Assembly (NCBI GenBank): GCA_035758575.1
Contig: DASTXH010000017.1
Location: forward strand, 22,945 to 86,944
Length of the DNA stretch: 64,000 nucleotides
Direction: 5' to 3'
Source: Candidatus Saccharimonadales bacterium
GTDB lineage: Bacteria > Patescibacteriota > Saccharimonadia > Saccharimonadales > UBA4665
This document shows positions 1-9,408 of this stretch, piece by piece. The notes beneath the pieces are model-generated. The model was given only the letters and a program-made list of their open reading frames with translations, had not been told where the DNA came from and made no database searches. Numbering within the stretch: position 1 is the first letter of the stretch; each line of letters begins with the position of its first letter. Position numbers and translations under genes: made by a program.

Positions 1-683
1 CCGGTTTCTGCAATCGTGATGGCGCTGGCGATGGTCTCTAGATCACGCATTTCACCGATCAGTACAACGTCCGGGTCTTCACGCAGGGCCGAACGCAGCG
101 CAGCGCTGAATGAATAGGTGTCGTAGTGCACTTCCCGCTGGACAATGACTGACTTATTGGATTTGTGCGTGTATTCGATAGGATCTTCGATGGTAATAAT
201 GTGCGCCGCACGCTCCATATTGATCTTATGGACGAGCGCGGCAAGGCTCGTGGATTTACCTGAACCGGTCGGGCCGGTCACCAGTACCAAACCGCGCGGA
301 TAGTCGGCGAACTTAGCCACTACCTGGGGCAAACCGAGCTGCTCTATGCTCAATATTTCGTTGGGAATAAGACGAAGGGCCGCAGCTAGATTCCCACGTT
401 CGTGAAAGGCGTTCACGCGGAAGCGGCCCATATCGCCGAACGCGAAGCTAAAGTCGAACTCTTTATCTTTTAATAAAATCTGTTTTTGGTCTTCATCCAA
501 CACGGCAAAGATAAGCGCTTCTACAACTTCGTCACTCATGGGTTCGGCGCCGCTAACCGCAGTAAGCTTACCGTCGACGCGCAGCATAGGCGGTAGGCCG
601 ACCTGCAAATGCAAGTCCGACGCTTTGCGCTTCACTACCTCTTCCAACAGTATTTCGATTCTTGGTTGACTCTGCGCTTGCAT
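1..683 (-). CDS. pilT: Type IV pilus retraction ATPase PilT (N-terminal ~227 aa; 3' end runs off the window)
   Basis: Own reverse-strand translation from ATG at 681-683: MQAQSQPRIEILLEEVVKRKASDLHLQVGLPPMLRVDGKL...LVLVTGPTGSGKSTSLAALV...IEDPIEY...REDPDVVLIGEMRD. It has a Walker A and the PilT/GspE Asp-box. GGTGGAG Shine-Dalgarno lies upstream. Absent from the ORF track because it is open at the window edge. Confidence 0.85.
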   Translation of the reverse strand, partial: MQAQSQPRIEILLEEVVKRKASDLHLQVGLPPMLRVDGKLTAVSGAEPMSDEVVEALIFAVLDEDQKQILLKDKEFDFSFAFGDMGRFRVNAFHERGNLAAALRLIPNEILSIEQLGLPQVVAKFADYPRGLVLVTGPTGSGKSTSLAALVHKINMERAAHIITIEDPIEYTHKSNKSVIVQREVHYDTYSFSAALRSALREDPDVVLIGEMRDLETIASAITIAET

Positions 684-707
684 GTTTGTTACTCCACCCT
701 TCTTTGC

Positions 708-2501
708 CTATGCTATATCAGCGGCCGCCACGCGGTTGACTTCATTTAGTGTTGTGAGCCCGGCGAGCACTTTGAGGTATCCATCCTGGCGCATGGTAAT
801 CATGCCTTGCGCCTGCGCCACCTTCTGAATGTCGGCGCTGGTAGATCGCTTTAGGATAAGCTCCTGGATTTCGGTCGTCACGGGAAATACTTCGTATATT
901 CCCATACGGCCGCTATACCCTCCGGGTGTACGAGGACTGTCTGTGCCCTTGCTTAAAGTATAAGCATGTTGGCCACTGAGTGGCAAGTTGTCATAGCCGA
1001 GGTCGGCAATTGCAGCCTTGCGGTGCGCCTCATCTCCGGGCAGTAATCCTGCCAACGTTCTTTCGATTGATTCAGTCTCAGCCGTGGAACTCTGATACGT
1101 CTCCTTCGGCTCGCCATTGCGGCGCACGAGGCGCTGGCCAATGATGACTTTTACGGTGGAGGCGATAAGGAACGGCTCTACGCCCATATCAAGAAGACGC
1201 GGGAGGATACCCGCCGCGGAGTTGGTGTGCAAGGTGGAAAATACCAGATGCCCCGTCAATGCCGCCTGCACTGCCAGCTCAGCAGTTTCACGGTCGCGGA
1301 TTTCCCCCACCATAATTACGTCTGGGTCCTGGCGCAAAATAGAACGTAAGCCCGTGGCAAACGTTAGGCCAACATCGGCATTTACTTGTATCTGGTTGAC
1401 GCCCGGCATCTTGTATTCCACCGGATCTTCAAGAGTAACAATATTGATAGAATCGCTCTTGATCTCCTGGATCAAGGCATACAGGCTCGTGGATTTACCC
1501 GAACCCGTAGGGCCACTCGTAAGAATCATGCCGTTGGTTTGCTTGAGCCCCTCGCGGATCATGCGCAATGAGCGACCGCGATATCCTAAGTCTTCCAAGT
1601 GCATGCTGGTACTGGATTTGTCCAGCAACCGGATAACTACCTGCTCCCCCCATATAACCGGGGAAATAGCAATGCGCAGGTCGATATCTTTATCGCCAAC
1701 GCGGACAGAGAACTCACCGTCCTGTGGGATTCGATGTTCATCTATCTTCAGGCTCGACAAAATCTTGATGCGGCTAACCAGCGGCGGTTCGGAACTTTTA
1801 GGCAACTGCATAACCTCGCGTAGTATACCGTCGACACGGCAGCGGATCTTCAGAGAATCTTGCAGCGGTTCTATATGGATATCGCTCGCCTTGTTATGGG
1901 CTGCATATTCCAATATGGCCGACAGGGCCTTGCTTACGGGCGAGTCCTGTACAAGCGTTTTAATGTTGTTGTCTACTTCAACCGGGGTCCTATCGCTTGC
2001 AGCCGCACTGGGCTCTTTGCCAATTTGCGTGAACTGACCAATGGCAGCCTCCGACAAATGCGCTTGGTACTGCTTCAGCACATTCCGAATCCCCTCCTCG
2101 CTCGCAACGTATACCTTAAGCGGCCGGCCGATCTTATTGCTCAAGAAGTCCACTGCCTGCACGTTGTCCGCGTCTATCATAGCGACGACTAGGCGGTGCT
2201 GCATCTCGCCTAACGGTACTGCCATATACCGTTCGGCGATATCTTGCGGCAACAGTTCTAGTACCTTAGGGTCTATCATTGCCGAAGACAGGTTCACATA
2301 CGGGACCTTCGTTGCCTTGGCAATCGCCTTAGTCAGCTGTTCGTTCGTTACCAGCTTATCACTGACAAGCGCACCGAATACAGAACCGCCGCTTTTGGCG
2401 ACCTTATCCTTTATGTCGGCGAGCTTACGGCTGGTCAGGATGCCTTCGTGGACCAACGCATCCTCAACCTGCTGCTGTGTGGCTGCAGATAAAACACTCA
2501 C
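708..2501 (-). CDS. pilB: Type IV pilus assembly ATPase PilB (GspE family)
   Basis: 597-aa ORF with Walker A SGPTGSGKSTSLYAL, Asp box/Walker B PDVIMVGEIRD and His box LVFSTLHTN. GTG start with GGAGG about 10 nt upstream. Sits immediately upstream of pilT. Confidence 0.9.
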   Translation of the reverse strand: MSVLSAATQQQVEDALVHEGILTSRKLADIKDKVAKSGGSVFGALVSDKLVTNEQLTKAIAKATKVPYVNLSSAMIDPKVLELLPQDIAERYMAVPLGEMQHRLVVAMIDADNVQAVDFLSNKIGRPLKVYVASEEGIRNVLKQYQAHLSEAAIGQFTQIGKEPSAAASDRTPVEVDNNIKTLVQDSPVSKALSAILEYAAHNKASDIHIEPLQDSLKIRCRVDGILREVMQLPKSSEPPLVSRIKILSSLKIDEHRIPQDGEFSVRVGDKDIDLRIAISPVIWGEQVVIRLLDKSSTSMHLEDLGYRGRSLRMIREGLKQTNGMILTSGPTGSGKSTSLYALIQEIKSDSINIVTLEDPVEYKMPGVNQIQVNADVGLTFATGLRSILRQDPDVIMVGEIRDRETAELAVQAALTGHLVFSTLHTNSAAGILPRLLDMGVEPFLIASTVKVIIGQRLVRRNGEPKETYQSSTAETESIERTLAGLLPGDEAHRKAAIADLGYDNLPLSGQHAYTLSKGTDSPRTPGGYSGRMGIYEVFPVTTEIQELILKRSTSADIQKVAQAQGMITMRQDGYLKVLAGLTTLNEVNRVAAADIA

Positions 2502-2516
2502 AGGCGTACGCCTCCG

Positions 2517-2768
2517 TTACTGGCCCGTTCCATTGAATGGATTGGCATTGTTGCTGCCACCGACCACAATAAGTTCAGATGGATCGATGGACTGATTGTT
2601 AAAATACTTTGGGTCCGGCGAGGCAAAAGCCGTGTTTACGGGGCTCACCACGGCAACCTGCTGCTGACGGTTTGCTGGCGTCGCAAAGATAAAATGCGAA
2701 ATGGCATACGAAGCCACCCCGCTCAGCCCGGCTATCAACAAAATGAGCGCTATATCTTTTTGCTTCAT
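2517..2768 (-). CDS. Small membrane-anchored protein of the pilus operon (PilP-position, unknown family)
   Basis: 83-aa ORF with one N-terminal TM helix (IALILLIAGLSGVASYAISHFIF). 4-nt overlap with the upstream ORF. Lies between the pilO-like gene and pilB. Confidence 0.5.
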   Translation of the reverse strand: MKQKDIALILLIAGLSGVASYAISHFIFATPANRQQQVAVVSPVNTAFASPDPKYFNNQSIDPSELIVVGGSNNANPFNGTGQ

Positions 2769-3436
2769 CGTATTACCTCCGTCTGCGTGCCTAGGTCTCG
2801 GGCTGGCTGCCAGTATGTCTGTGCCGAGATAGTTAGTGCCAGTTTGTTCTGATCGCCCGAAAGCTCGATAGTCTGGATTTGGAATGGGCGCACCGAGCGC
2901 TCGAATGCATGTACTACATTTTGTATTGAGGCGTAATCACCCTGCACTACCACCTGAAATGGCATAGTCTGTGGAGCTGGGCTGGACGATGTCTGCTGCT
3001 TCGCCTGATTTGCCGCATCATCCGTACCCGTGATGCTCTGAATCTGCACCGACTGACCGGCGACAATGTTCTCTATGCTTGTTACAAGGGCCGGATAGTC
3101 ATACTTGCTGGGCAGTGCATCTAGAATAATCTTGGTGTTCGTTCCGTCCTGAGGGCCGGTACCGCCCGGATTACCGCCAATAATATTCGTCGGCGTGCTG
3201 GTGAAGGCACTGTAGGAGGTAGCTAGTGTCTGTGCAGCCTGGACGTTTGACTGCAGCTGGCTGAGTGCGTGTTTACTCGCAGTTATGACTCGATTCTGAT
3301 ACGCAAACTGGCTCACGAGCGATACCGAAGCAACCACACTGAATACAACAACAAAACAGGCGGCCGAAGTAACGACAACGATGGTCGTATTAGATTTTGC
3401 TATAAGTGTCCGTTTGAACGATTGTATGCCCGCCAT
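2765..3436 (-). CDS. PilO-like pilus alignment protein (assigned by position and topology)
   Basis: 223 aa with an N-terminal TM helix followed by a Q/A-rich helical segment. Directly follows pilN. No diagnostic motif, so the call rests on synteny. Confidence 0.45.
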   Translation of the reverse strand: MAGIQSFKRTLIAKSNTTIVVVTSAACFVVVFSVVASVSLVSQFAYQNRVITASKHALSQLQSNVQAAQTLATSYSAFTSTPTNIIGGNPGGTGPQDGTNTKIILDALPSKYDYPALVTSIENIVAGQSVQIQSITGTDDAANQAKQQTSSSPAPQTMPFQVVVQGDYASIQNVVHAFERSVRPFQIQTIELSGDQNKLALTISAQTYWQPARDLGTQTEVIR

Positions 3437-3441
3437 ATCAT

Positions 3442-4101
3442 CTACTCACTTTTCTTGAAAATTATCGATGGCTGCTGTGTGGATGTTTGCTGCTGTCCGC
3501 CTACCGTAAGAGTGACTGTCTTGGCGTTGTCGAAGATGGTCGGATCGAAGCCAAGCGTAATAGTATAGGTCGCTGTCTGTTGGTTGCGGCTAAAGCTGGC
3601 AAGCACGACAGTAGAAAATGCAAGGTTCATAGTATTTTGTCCCGTAACGGTATAATTTGTATACTTTAGGCCATCTATGAACGTATTCACGACATCCAGG
3701 CTGGGTGCATTACCGCTGATGCTCATAGTATGCTGGGCATAGTCTACTTTTAGGTCAGAGATAGTTGCCTGTTGCGGCGTCAGCTGCGTAAGGTACCCAA
3801 ACAGCCGTGAAGCGGCCGGCTCTTGCGCGTGCAAACCAGACAACGAGTTCAGCTGGCTTTGTACAGTAAGGATATCGCCGATATTCGCAATATTCTTAAA
3901 CGTGTTGTTTGTGCTTCCAATGTTATTGTTCAGGTCGTGGATACTCTTCCGTTGGACCAGATAGACCGATGAAAGCAGCACTAAAAGCACAAACAGTGCG
4001 GCAGCACTGGCCACGAACGACACGGTCATGACCAGGCGCTTCATGCGCTGGGTCTTGATGTACTCCTGCTTGACGTCTGGTAAAAGGTTGAACTGAATCA
4101 T
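3442..4101 (-). CDS. pilN: PilN-like pilus assembly protein
   Basis: 219 aa. The N-terminus MIQFNLLPDVKQEY matches the conserved INLLP motif of PilN and is followed by a single TM helix. 4-nt overlap with pilM. Confidence 0.7.
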   Translation of the reverse strand: MIQFNLLPDVKQEYIKTQRMKRLVMTVSFVASAAALFVLLVLLSSVYLVQRKSIHDLNNNIGSTNNTFKNIANIGDILTVQSQLNSLSGLHAQEPAASRLFGYLTQLTPQQATISDLKVDYAQHTMSISGNAPSLDVVNTFIDGLKYTNYTVTGQNTMNLAFSTVVLASFSRNQQTATYTITLGFDPTIFDNAKTVTLTVGGQQQTSTQQPSIIFKKSE

Positions 4102-5138
4102 TCGTTTCGCTCCGCCAGGCCTACGGCCACGCCAAACTGATTAGATATTGCCAGGAGTTCATTCTGCCGCTCCGCGCCGAACAGTACATTCCGCCAAGCA
4201 TTACCAATCTCAACATTCAGTACGAATTTGTTCGCCAAAAATAATGGGAACTCCGGCAACACTGATCCGCCACCCGTTACCACAATTCGATCAAAGCTAG
4301 CACTGGCATACCTCGTCTGAAAGAACTTGATGGATTTCTCAACCTCAGATGTAAGCAGTTCCACCGTATTTATGATCGCCTCGTATACTTGCCCTTCCAG
4401 CTTGTCTTTACTAAGGCCAAATTTCATCACGAATTGGCTGGCCTGTTTTTCGTCGATATTCAGGTTCTGCATAGCAGATCGCATGATGGCTTCAATACCT
4501 GTTGGAATAGATCGCGTCAAGCGAGGTAAGCCGCCATACACCGTTACGATATCGGTGCTTTTTTGGCCGACATCCAGTATCATGAACGCGCCGGCGGCAT
4601 CGCTGGGCGCAAGCGAACGAGCAAGTGCCAAGCTGTCGGGCTCAAATGCGATGACGTTCAGCCCTGCATCCTCAACGATGTCCAGACGTCGTTCTACAAA
4701 CTCATTTGGGACTGATGTGAGCAGGATCTCGTTCTTGGTTTTGTCTATAGGAGAATCGCCAAGTACCGCCCAATCGATCTTAGACTCGTTAAGGGGTGTT
4801 GGGATAAGCGCATCCGCCTGATAGCGGATAGATTTTTCTAGCTCATGCGTAGGCAGCCGGTCCACGTCTGCAACCGTCGTGAACACACGGCTGCTGGGAA
4901 TGTTTACGGCAACATTTTTGGTGCTGAACTTCGCCTGCTCGATCAGCTGTACGACTGCCTGGGTTAGTCGCTGCTGATCATTTTTGGAGTCGCTGAGAGC
5001 TATACGGCTATCGATGGGCATATATGCATACTTATACAGTGCTTTCTGTGAGCCAGCTCCGTGCAGCTCAACAGCCCGTAACGCCGAGCTGCCAATGTCT
5101 AGTCCAAAAAAGTTTGACCCACCGCTGAGTAGCCCCAC
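4098..5138 (-). CDS. pilM: PilM, actin-like ATPase of the type IV pilus inner-membrane platform
   Basis: 346 aa. Has the FGLDIGSSALRAVEL phosphate-1 motif of the actin/HSP70 fold and a C-terminal IVVTGGGS motif. GTG start. First gene of the pilMNO block. Confidence 0.85.
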   Translation of the reverse strand: MGLLSGGSNFFGLDIGSSALRAVELHGAGSQKALYKYAYMPIDSRIALSDSKNDQQRLTQAVVQLIEQAKFSTKNVAVNIPSSRVFTTVADVDRLPTHELEKSIRYQADALIPTPLNESKIDWAVLGDSPIDKTKNEILLTSVPNEFVERRLDIVEDAGLNVIAFEPDSLALARSLAPSDAAGAFMILDVGQKSTDIVTVYGGLPRLTRSIPTGIEAIMRSAMQNLNIDEKQASQFVMKFGLSKDKLEGQVYEAIINTVELLTSEVEKSIKFFQTRYASASFDRIVVTGGGSVLPEFPLFLANKFVLNVEIGNAWRNVLFGAERQNELLAISNQFGVAVGLAERNE

Positions 5139-5298
5139 TGTGTTACCGCCCCATTCCTTGTGTTTGTTCCGTCATCTGTTTGAACCCGTATGACTGCCTT
5201 TTCTCTTCATATATACCAAGGCTCTTGTCGGTTCAATTATAGCATAAGCGCTACGATTACAACCGGCGTGCCTCCAAAATTACTGTGTAAAAATGTCC

Positions 5299-7581
5299 CT
5301 ACAACACGGGGGGCAGGCCAGTAATCGCATTGTAGTTACCGGCCGCGACACTTCCTCCACGCGGCAGCCAAAGCTCCGGCGTGTAGTTGATGGCCTCGCC
5401 GGCATGGCTGGCGGCGGGCGTATCGGTTATCTGTGCCTGCCCTACTGAACCATATGTGCGCAGGAAGTGCACTTGGTCGGCCACAAAGGCACCATTTACG
5501 GTCAGTTGTTTGTTGCATTGGGCATAGTAGCCGGGCAGCATGGGGTTTGCTTGCGCACCAAAACCTGAAGCGCACGTATAAATATTGCCGTTCGTACTGA
5601 CGACGCCACCAGCGCCTACAATGGGCTCGGCTACAAATAGGCCATCAAGCTGGGTTACATTGCTGCCAATATATATATTGCCACCGACCACCACAAGCTT
5701 GAAGAATGGTATCTGCCCAACATTCGTCCAGGAGCCGCCGCTGCCGGCGTATACAATATTGCCGTTGATGTACACATCTGCGTTCTTTACATAGCGGATA
5801 TCTTGTGCGCCCACAGCGACAGTGGTCGCACCAATCGTCATATTAGCTGTCGTGGGCGCCGTAGTGAGGTCGCTGGTGAAATCGCAGTCATTGGTGGTCG
5901 CGCCGGCATAGCCGCCAAACAAACCTTGCGATGGATTCAGCTGGCTGGCGTTTGCCGGATTGTAGTAGTTGGCTATGGACAAACCAGCCGGAGTCGTATT
6001 CGTACTGTTTTGCGCCGATGCGAAGTCCTGTATTTGGGCAAGTGCCTGAACGGCGTATTGCGTGCCAGCGCCAGAGAAGTTGGTGGCGTGATTATTCCAG
6101 CTATATATACCAGCTCTCGCGTCGACGTCCATTGAGCAGGCGCCATTTGTGTAATCTGGGCTAGCGCCTACTGTTACATCGCCGCCATAGACACTCATAT
6201 ACGGCAAGTATATTACGGGGAATGTGCTTGAGCAGGTCTTACTGCCAGAACTCCATTGCAGCGTCCACGTAGCCGTGAATACTCCCGCGTTGTTTGTCGG
6301 CCCAACGCCGCTGAATGTCGCCGTGGAAACACTGCCCGAACCACCTGCATTCTGCGTGCCCGTATACGTATAGGTCGCGCCGGCGGGCGGCGTAATCTGC
6401 AACTTCATGGTTGCATTCGGTGGCGTTTGATTGACGCCGTTTGTTACGCTGGCAGCAACAGAAAATGTGTTATACGGATCAATGCGTGATGGTGTAACCG
6501 TCATGCTGCCACATGCCAGCTGCACGCATGGCACAGCCGTACTAGCCGTAGCCACTTGTTGGTATGCCCCCGTCCCTCCGGGCCCGGTGTCCTTCACAAA
6601 CAACGCCACCCCCTGAGGCGTATACGGGTTCGTTGCAGACTGCGGAATGGTAACGGTTGCTGGTCCGGGGGAATTGTAGGTACCGGACGTCCAGCCGCCC
6701 GTCTTTACATACCCCGTCGTAGAGCCGTCTGGGTCCCTAAATGATATGGTGGCCACCTGCTGCTGCAGTGCCATATTACACGACAACGAAATGGTACCGG
6801 TCGGCGGTTGGTTGATGGTGGGTAGCTTTGGCGAATTCCCAACCAGGTTCGAACATCCACGCTGGATCATAAATGAGCCCCCGGGGAAATAGAATCTGAT
6901 AACGGCAATCGGCACGTTGACCGTTTTCCATACCCATCCAGTCGTCGCATCGTCACGGTATGCGCCTCCACATCCATCAACAGTGCAGGCCCATATGTTG
7001 GCGTGCGATATGTCGTCGCTGATGTTGTTGGGGTAACCGCCGTTATTAGCGAACCAGCTGCTGTTGACAGTTGGGTTTTGCAGCGTATTCCATTGGACAC
7101 CGTAAGCAGGATTGCCCGAGCTTGCATATGATTGCACGAGTGCCACCCATGCATTGAATGAACTCTTTGCAGCATTGATACCGGCACCGCACCCGCTTGA
7201 AGATGCGCCACGACCCATCATGGCGTTAATAACGAACGCTGCACCACATGTGTTTTGGCCAGGCCCACCGCTATACAGGTAGCCTTGGTAGATGGATATA
7301 AATGCAGCACAGGCCGAGCCACCGCCACAGCCCGTAGCCGCACCGCCAACATTAACAGGAGTAGATAATACGTTATAGTCATTGCATATATTTGGGATGC
7401 ACCCTGGCTTCTGGTTGGTAAAGTAACCCTTGCAGCCGCCCCATGTCCCTACCGAACAGAAGTGGTTCCAGAAGTCGATTTGCCATGGCGTGGCCGCATG
7501 CGCGGCCGGTTGATTCATAAAAAGCCCCACACCAGCGAAAGAGACAAAAAACAATACGACAATAAGGGTCTTTTTGATCAT
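5299..7581 (-). CDS. Large secreted/cell-surface protein, unknown family (Cys-rich N-terminal part, Gly/Thr/Ser-rich body)
   Basis: 760-aa ORF with signal-peptide-like N-terminus MIKKTLIVVLFFVSFAGVGLFMNQPAAHAA. No prepilin G/FTLxE motif. 4-nt overlap with the upstream TPR gene places it in the pilus operon. Confidence 0.7.
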   Translation of the reverse strand: MIKKTLIVVLFFVSFAGVGLFMNQPAAHAATPWQIDFWNHFCSVGTWGGCKGYFTNQKPGCIPNICNDYNVLSTPVNVGGAATGCGGGSACAAFISIYQGYLYSGGPGQNTCGAAFVINAMMGRGASSSGCGAGINAAKSSFNAWVALVQSYASSGNPAYGVQWNTLQNPTVNSSWFANNGGYPNNISDDISHANIWACTVDGCGGAYRDDATTGWVWKTVNVPIAVIRFYFPGGSFMIQRGCSNLVGNSPKLPTINQPPTGTISLSCNMALQQQVATISFRDPDGSTTGYVKTGGWTSGTYNSPGPATVTIPQSATNPYTPQGVALFVKDTGPGGTGAYQQVATASTAVPCVQLACGSMTVTPSRIDPYNTFSVAASVTNGVNQTPPNATMKLQITPPAGATYTYTGTQNAGGSGSVSTATFSGVGPTNNAGVFTATWTLQWSSGSKTCSSTFPVIYLPYMSVYGGDVTVGASPDYTNGACSMDVDARAGIYSWNNHATNFSGAGTQYAVQALAQIQDFASAQNSTNTTPAGLSIANYYNPANASQLNPSQGLFGGYAGATTNDCDFTSDLTTAPTTANMTIGATTVAVGAQDIRYVKNADVYINGNIVYAGSGGSWTNVGQIPFFKLVVVGGNIYIGSNVTQLDGLFVAEPIVGAGGVVSTNGNIYTCASGFGAQANPMLPGYYAQCNKQLTVNGAFVADQVHFLRTYGSVGQAQITDTPAASHAGEAINYTPELWLPRGGSVAAGNYNAITGLPPVL

Positions 7582-8195
7582 AGCGTACCTCCCTGCTGCA
7601 GCACCTGGATATCGTGCTGATATGTCTGGATAGCGGCGGAGTTAGTATCAGTGCCCTGATAGACCCGGGCAGTATGCCCGTCATTCGACGATTGCTGCAA
7701 GAGGGATATAAGCTCTTGGTACGTGGCAATCGCCTTATCCCGTTGCCCGGCCGACACATACACATAGGCCAATGTATCAAGAACCTGCGGCTTTATAGAA
7801 CTATCAGCAGTTATGGCACTATTGTAGGCAGCGATAGACTGATCGTATTGCTGGTTATTGAAATAGGCCACGCCGAGATCCTTGTAGGCGTTCGCTTTAT
7901 CCGATGCCGTCTTAGCGGAAGCGAGCTCTTGTTGGGCGGCAGTCACCGCTGCGGTCATCTGCTCTTGGATTGTTTGCGCGCCTGTTGTCGCCGTATGGCT
8001 GGTGCTGGCGGGTGCCGCCGGAGACTTACTACTGTAGTGTCGGTATGCTAAAAAAGCCCCCGCTGCAGCTATGGCAACCACAACAAATCCCGCGACAAGG
8101 AACCAGATCCAACGCAAGCTGCCGTGCGGCCGGTAGGCAGCATCGCTCGTTACGATACCATTAGGCATAGTAGAATCTTTTTTGTGCTCACTCAT
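7578..8195 (-). CDS. Membrane-anchored TPR-repeat protein
   Basis: 205 aa with one TM helix (WIWFLVAGFVVVAIAAAGAFLAY) followed by TPR-like repeats (AYKDLGVAYFNNQQYDQSIAAYNSAI...AYVYVSAGQRDKAIATYQELI). Confidence 0.7.
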   Translation of the reverse strand: MSEHKKDSTMPNGIVTSDAAYRPHGSLRWIWFLVAGFVVVAIAAAGAFLAYRHYSSKSPAAPASTSHTATTGAQTIQEQMTAAVTAAQQELASAKTASDKANAYKDLGVAYFNNQQYDQSIAAYNSAITADSSIKPQVLDTLAYVYVSAGQRDKAIATYQELISLLQQSSNDGHTARVYQGTDTNSAAIQTYQHDIQVLQQGGTL

Positions 8196-8262
8196 GATTC
8201 ATTTCCAGTATAGCAAACCATGAGCGGAATAATACACATATAGGACAGAGTGCTGGATTCGA

Positions 8263-9324
8263 TCACCCTGAAAAGACGGCAGATTGATCTCTGTGATAAG
8301 CTATCTCCTCCCCATATCGGCGCCTGTCATATTCGCTAAGATAAGGCTCATCAATAACAGACTCATACCAGGCTTTAGCACATTTGTGCATGTTCCTGCG
8401 CGTATCCACAGATAGTTGCGCCGTAAGTATCGGCCGCAAGTTTCCATCTATACGAAACCCTGATGCGCTCGTATCCCAATAGAGCGCGCCCGGACACAGC
8501 TGCTGTAATTCCTGTACGAGCTGTTGATAAAAAAGTGCATCGTCTTCACCGATCCCAGTAAATTCCTTAATAACGCTTTGTGCTAACAGTAAGTTAAAAC
8601 GCCGAGGTATCGCGAGGGCGGTCATAATATGATGAACACGCTCACGTTCCTCCGGATTTTGCACTCGGGCCAAAAGCACCGCATCTATACTAGCGACAAG
8701 TTCACCTAGCGCATGCGCAGCCCGATCTTTCACGGGTTCACTTCTTCTGCTGGCGATAATCGTCGCGGCAGTCCGTAATCCAAGGGGGTAGCCCCCCGTC
8801 TGTTGAAAAATATCCACCAGTTCACTATTCGGTAGGTCAGGCAAGTGCCGTGCCAGTAGTGCCATGCTTGCTGTTTGATCGAGCGGACTCAGAGAAAAAT
8901 GTGTCGTCTTCCTTGTGATCGTTCTATACGTAAAGTGATCTCCGCCGGCCGACGCCAAAGCTACAAACAGCCTTGAACCGTAGCCGCCATCCAGCAAGCC
9001 AGCCAAATGACGTTCGGCGTCACTCTGGCCCTCGCTACCAAGCTGATCTAATTCCACCGTCATAACGAGCGGTTCATCGCCAAGCCGCTGTTGTATCATG
9101 CCGTCGTTTTGGCACAATGCTTCACCGGCATCAGGCATACACGCTATCGCGCGTTCACGACATAGAGCGTGTATTTCGCGCAACATTGCACTCTTGCCGC
9201 TGCCGACTGGGCCGTTGTACTCAACAATAGGCGTACGGAGCAGGCGTTCTGGATCAACAAGTAGATCAAGTGCGCCCCGCACCAACTCCATCTCCGCGGT
9301 CCGTCCAATAAGACGCTCTTCCAT
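8263..9324 (-). CDS. P-loop NTPase, AAA_16/STAND-like N-terminal domain, short form
   Basis: 353 aa. The pattern LIGRTAEMELVRGAL...EYNGPVGSGKSAMLREI (regulatory-ATPase type Walker A) is followed by a helical C-terminal region. Confidence 0.6.
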   Translation of the reverse strand: MEERLIGRTAEMELVRGALDLLVDPERLLRTPIVEYNGPVGSGKSAMLREIHALCRERAIACMPDAGEALCQNDGMIQQRLGDEPLVMTVELDQLGSEGQSDAERHLAGLLDGGYGSRLFVALASAGGDHFTYRTITRKTTHFSLSPLDQTASMALLARHLPDLPNSELVDIFQQTGGYPLGLRTAATIIASRRSEPVKDRAAHALGELVASIDAVLLARVQNPEERERVHHIMTALAIPRRFNLLLAQSVIKEFTGIGEDDALFYQQLVQELQQLCPGALYWDTSASGFRIDGNLRPILTAQLSVDTRRNMHKCAKAWYESVIDEPYLSEYDRRRYGEEIAYHRDQSAVFSG

Positions 9325-9391
9325 ACCTCCAATGTATGCCGCAATGTATTAGATATCAACTATCGAGCATGAATTTTTATCTATGTACATC

Positions 9392-9400
9392 TGTTATAAT
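9392..9400 (+). promoter_or_regulatory. Extended -10 promoter (TGTTATAAT) for ychF; predicts a leaderless mRNA
   Basis: TGnTATAAT at 9392-9400 lies 8 nt before the ychF ATG (9409). There is no Shine-Dalgarno in between. Confidence 0.45.
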
Positions 9401-9408
9401 AAAAAACT

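Noticed and set aside
1117-2037. Long antisense ORFs opposite well-supported genes. Examples: 1117-2037 (+) in pilB, 25559-26464 (+) in pnp, 36725-37768 (-) in the ATPase gene, 42366-43169 (+) in rpoD, 54572-55588 (+) in groEL and 55504-56337 (+) in groEL.
   Set aside because: They are shadow frames of highly conserved genes in a GC-rich coding context. Their translations are low-complexity (Ser/Arg/Ala/Pro-rich) with no motifs and no ribosome-binding sites.
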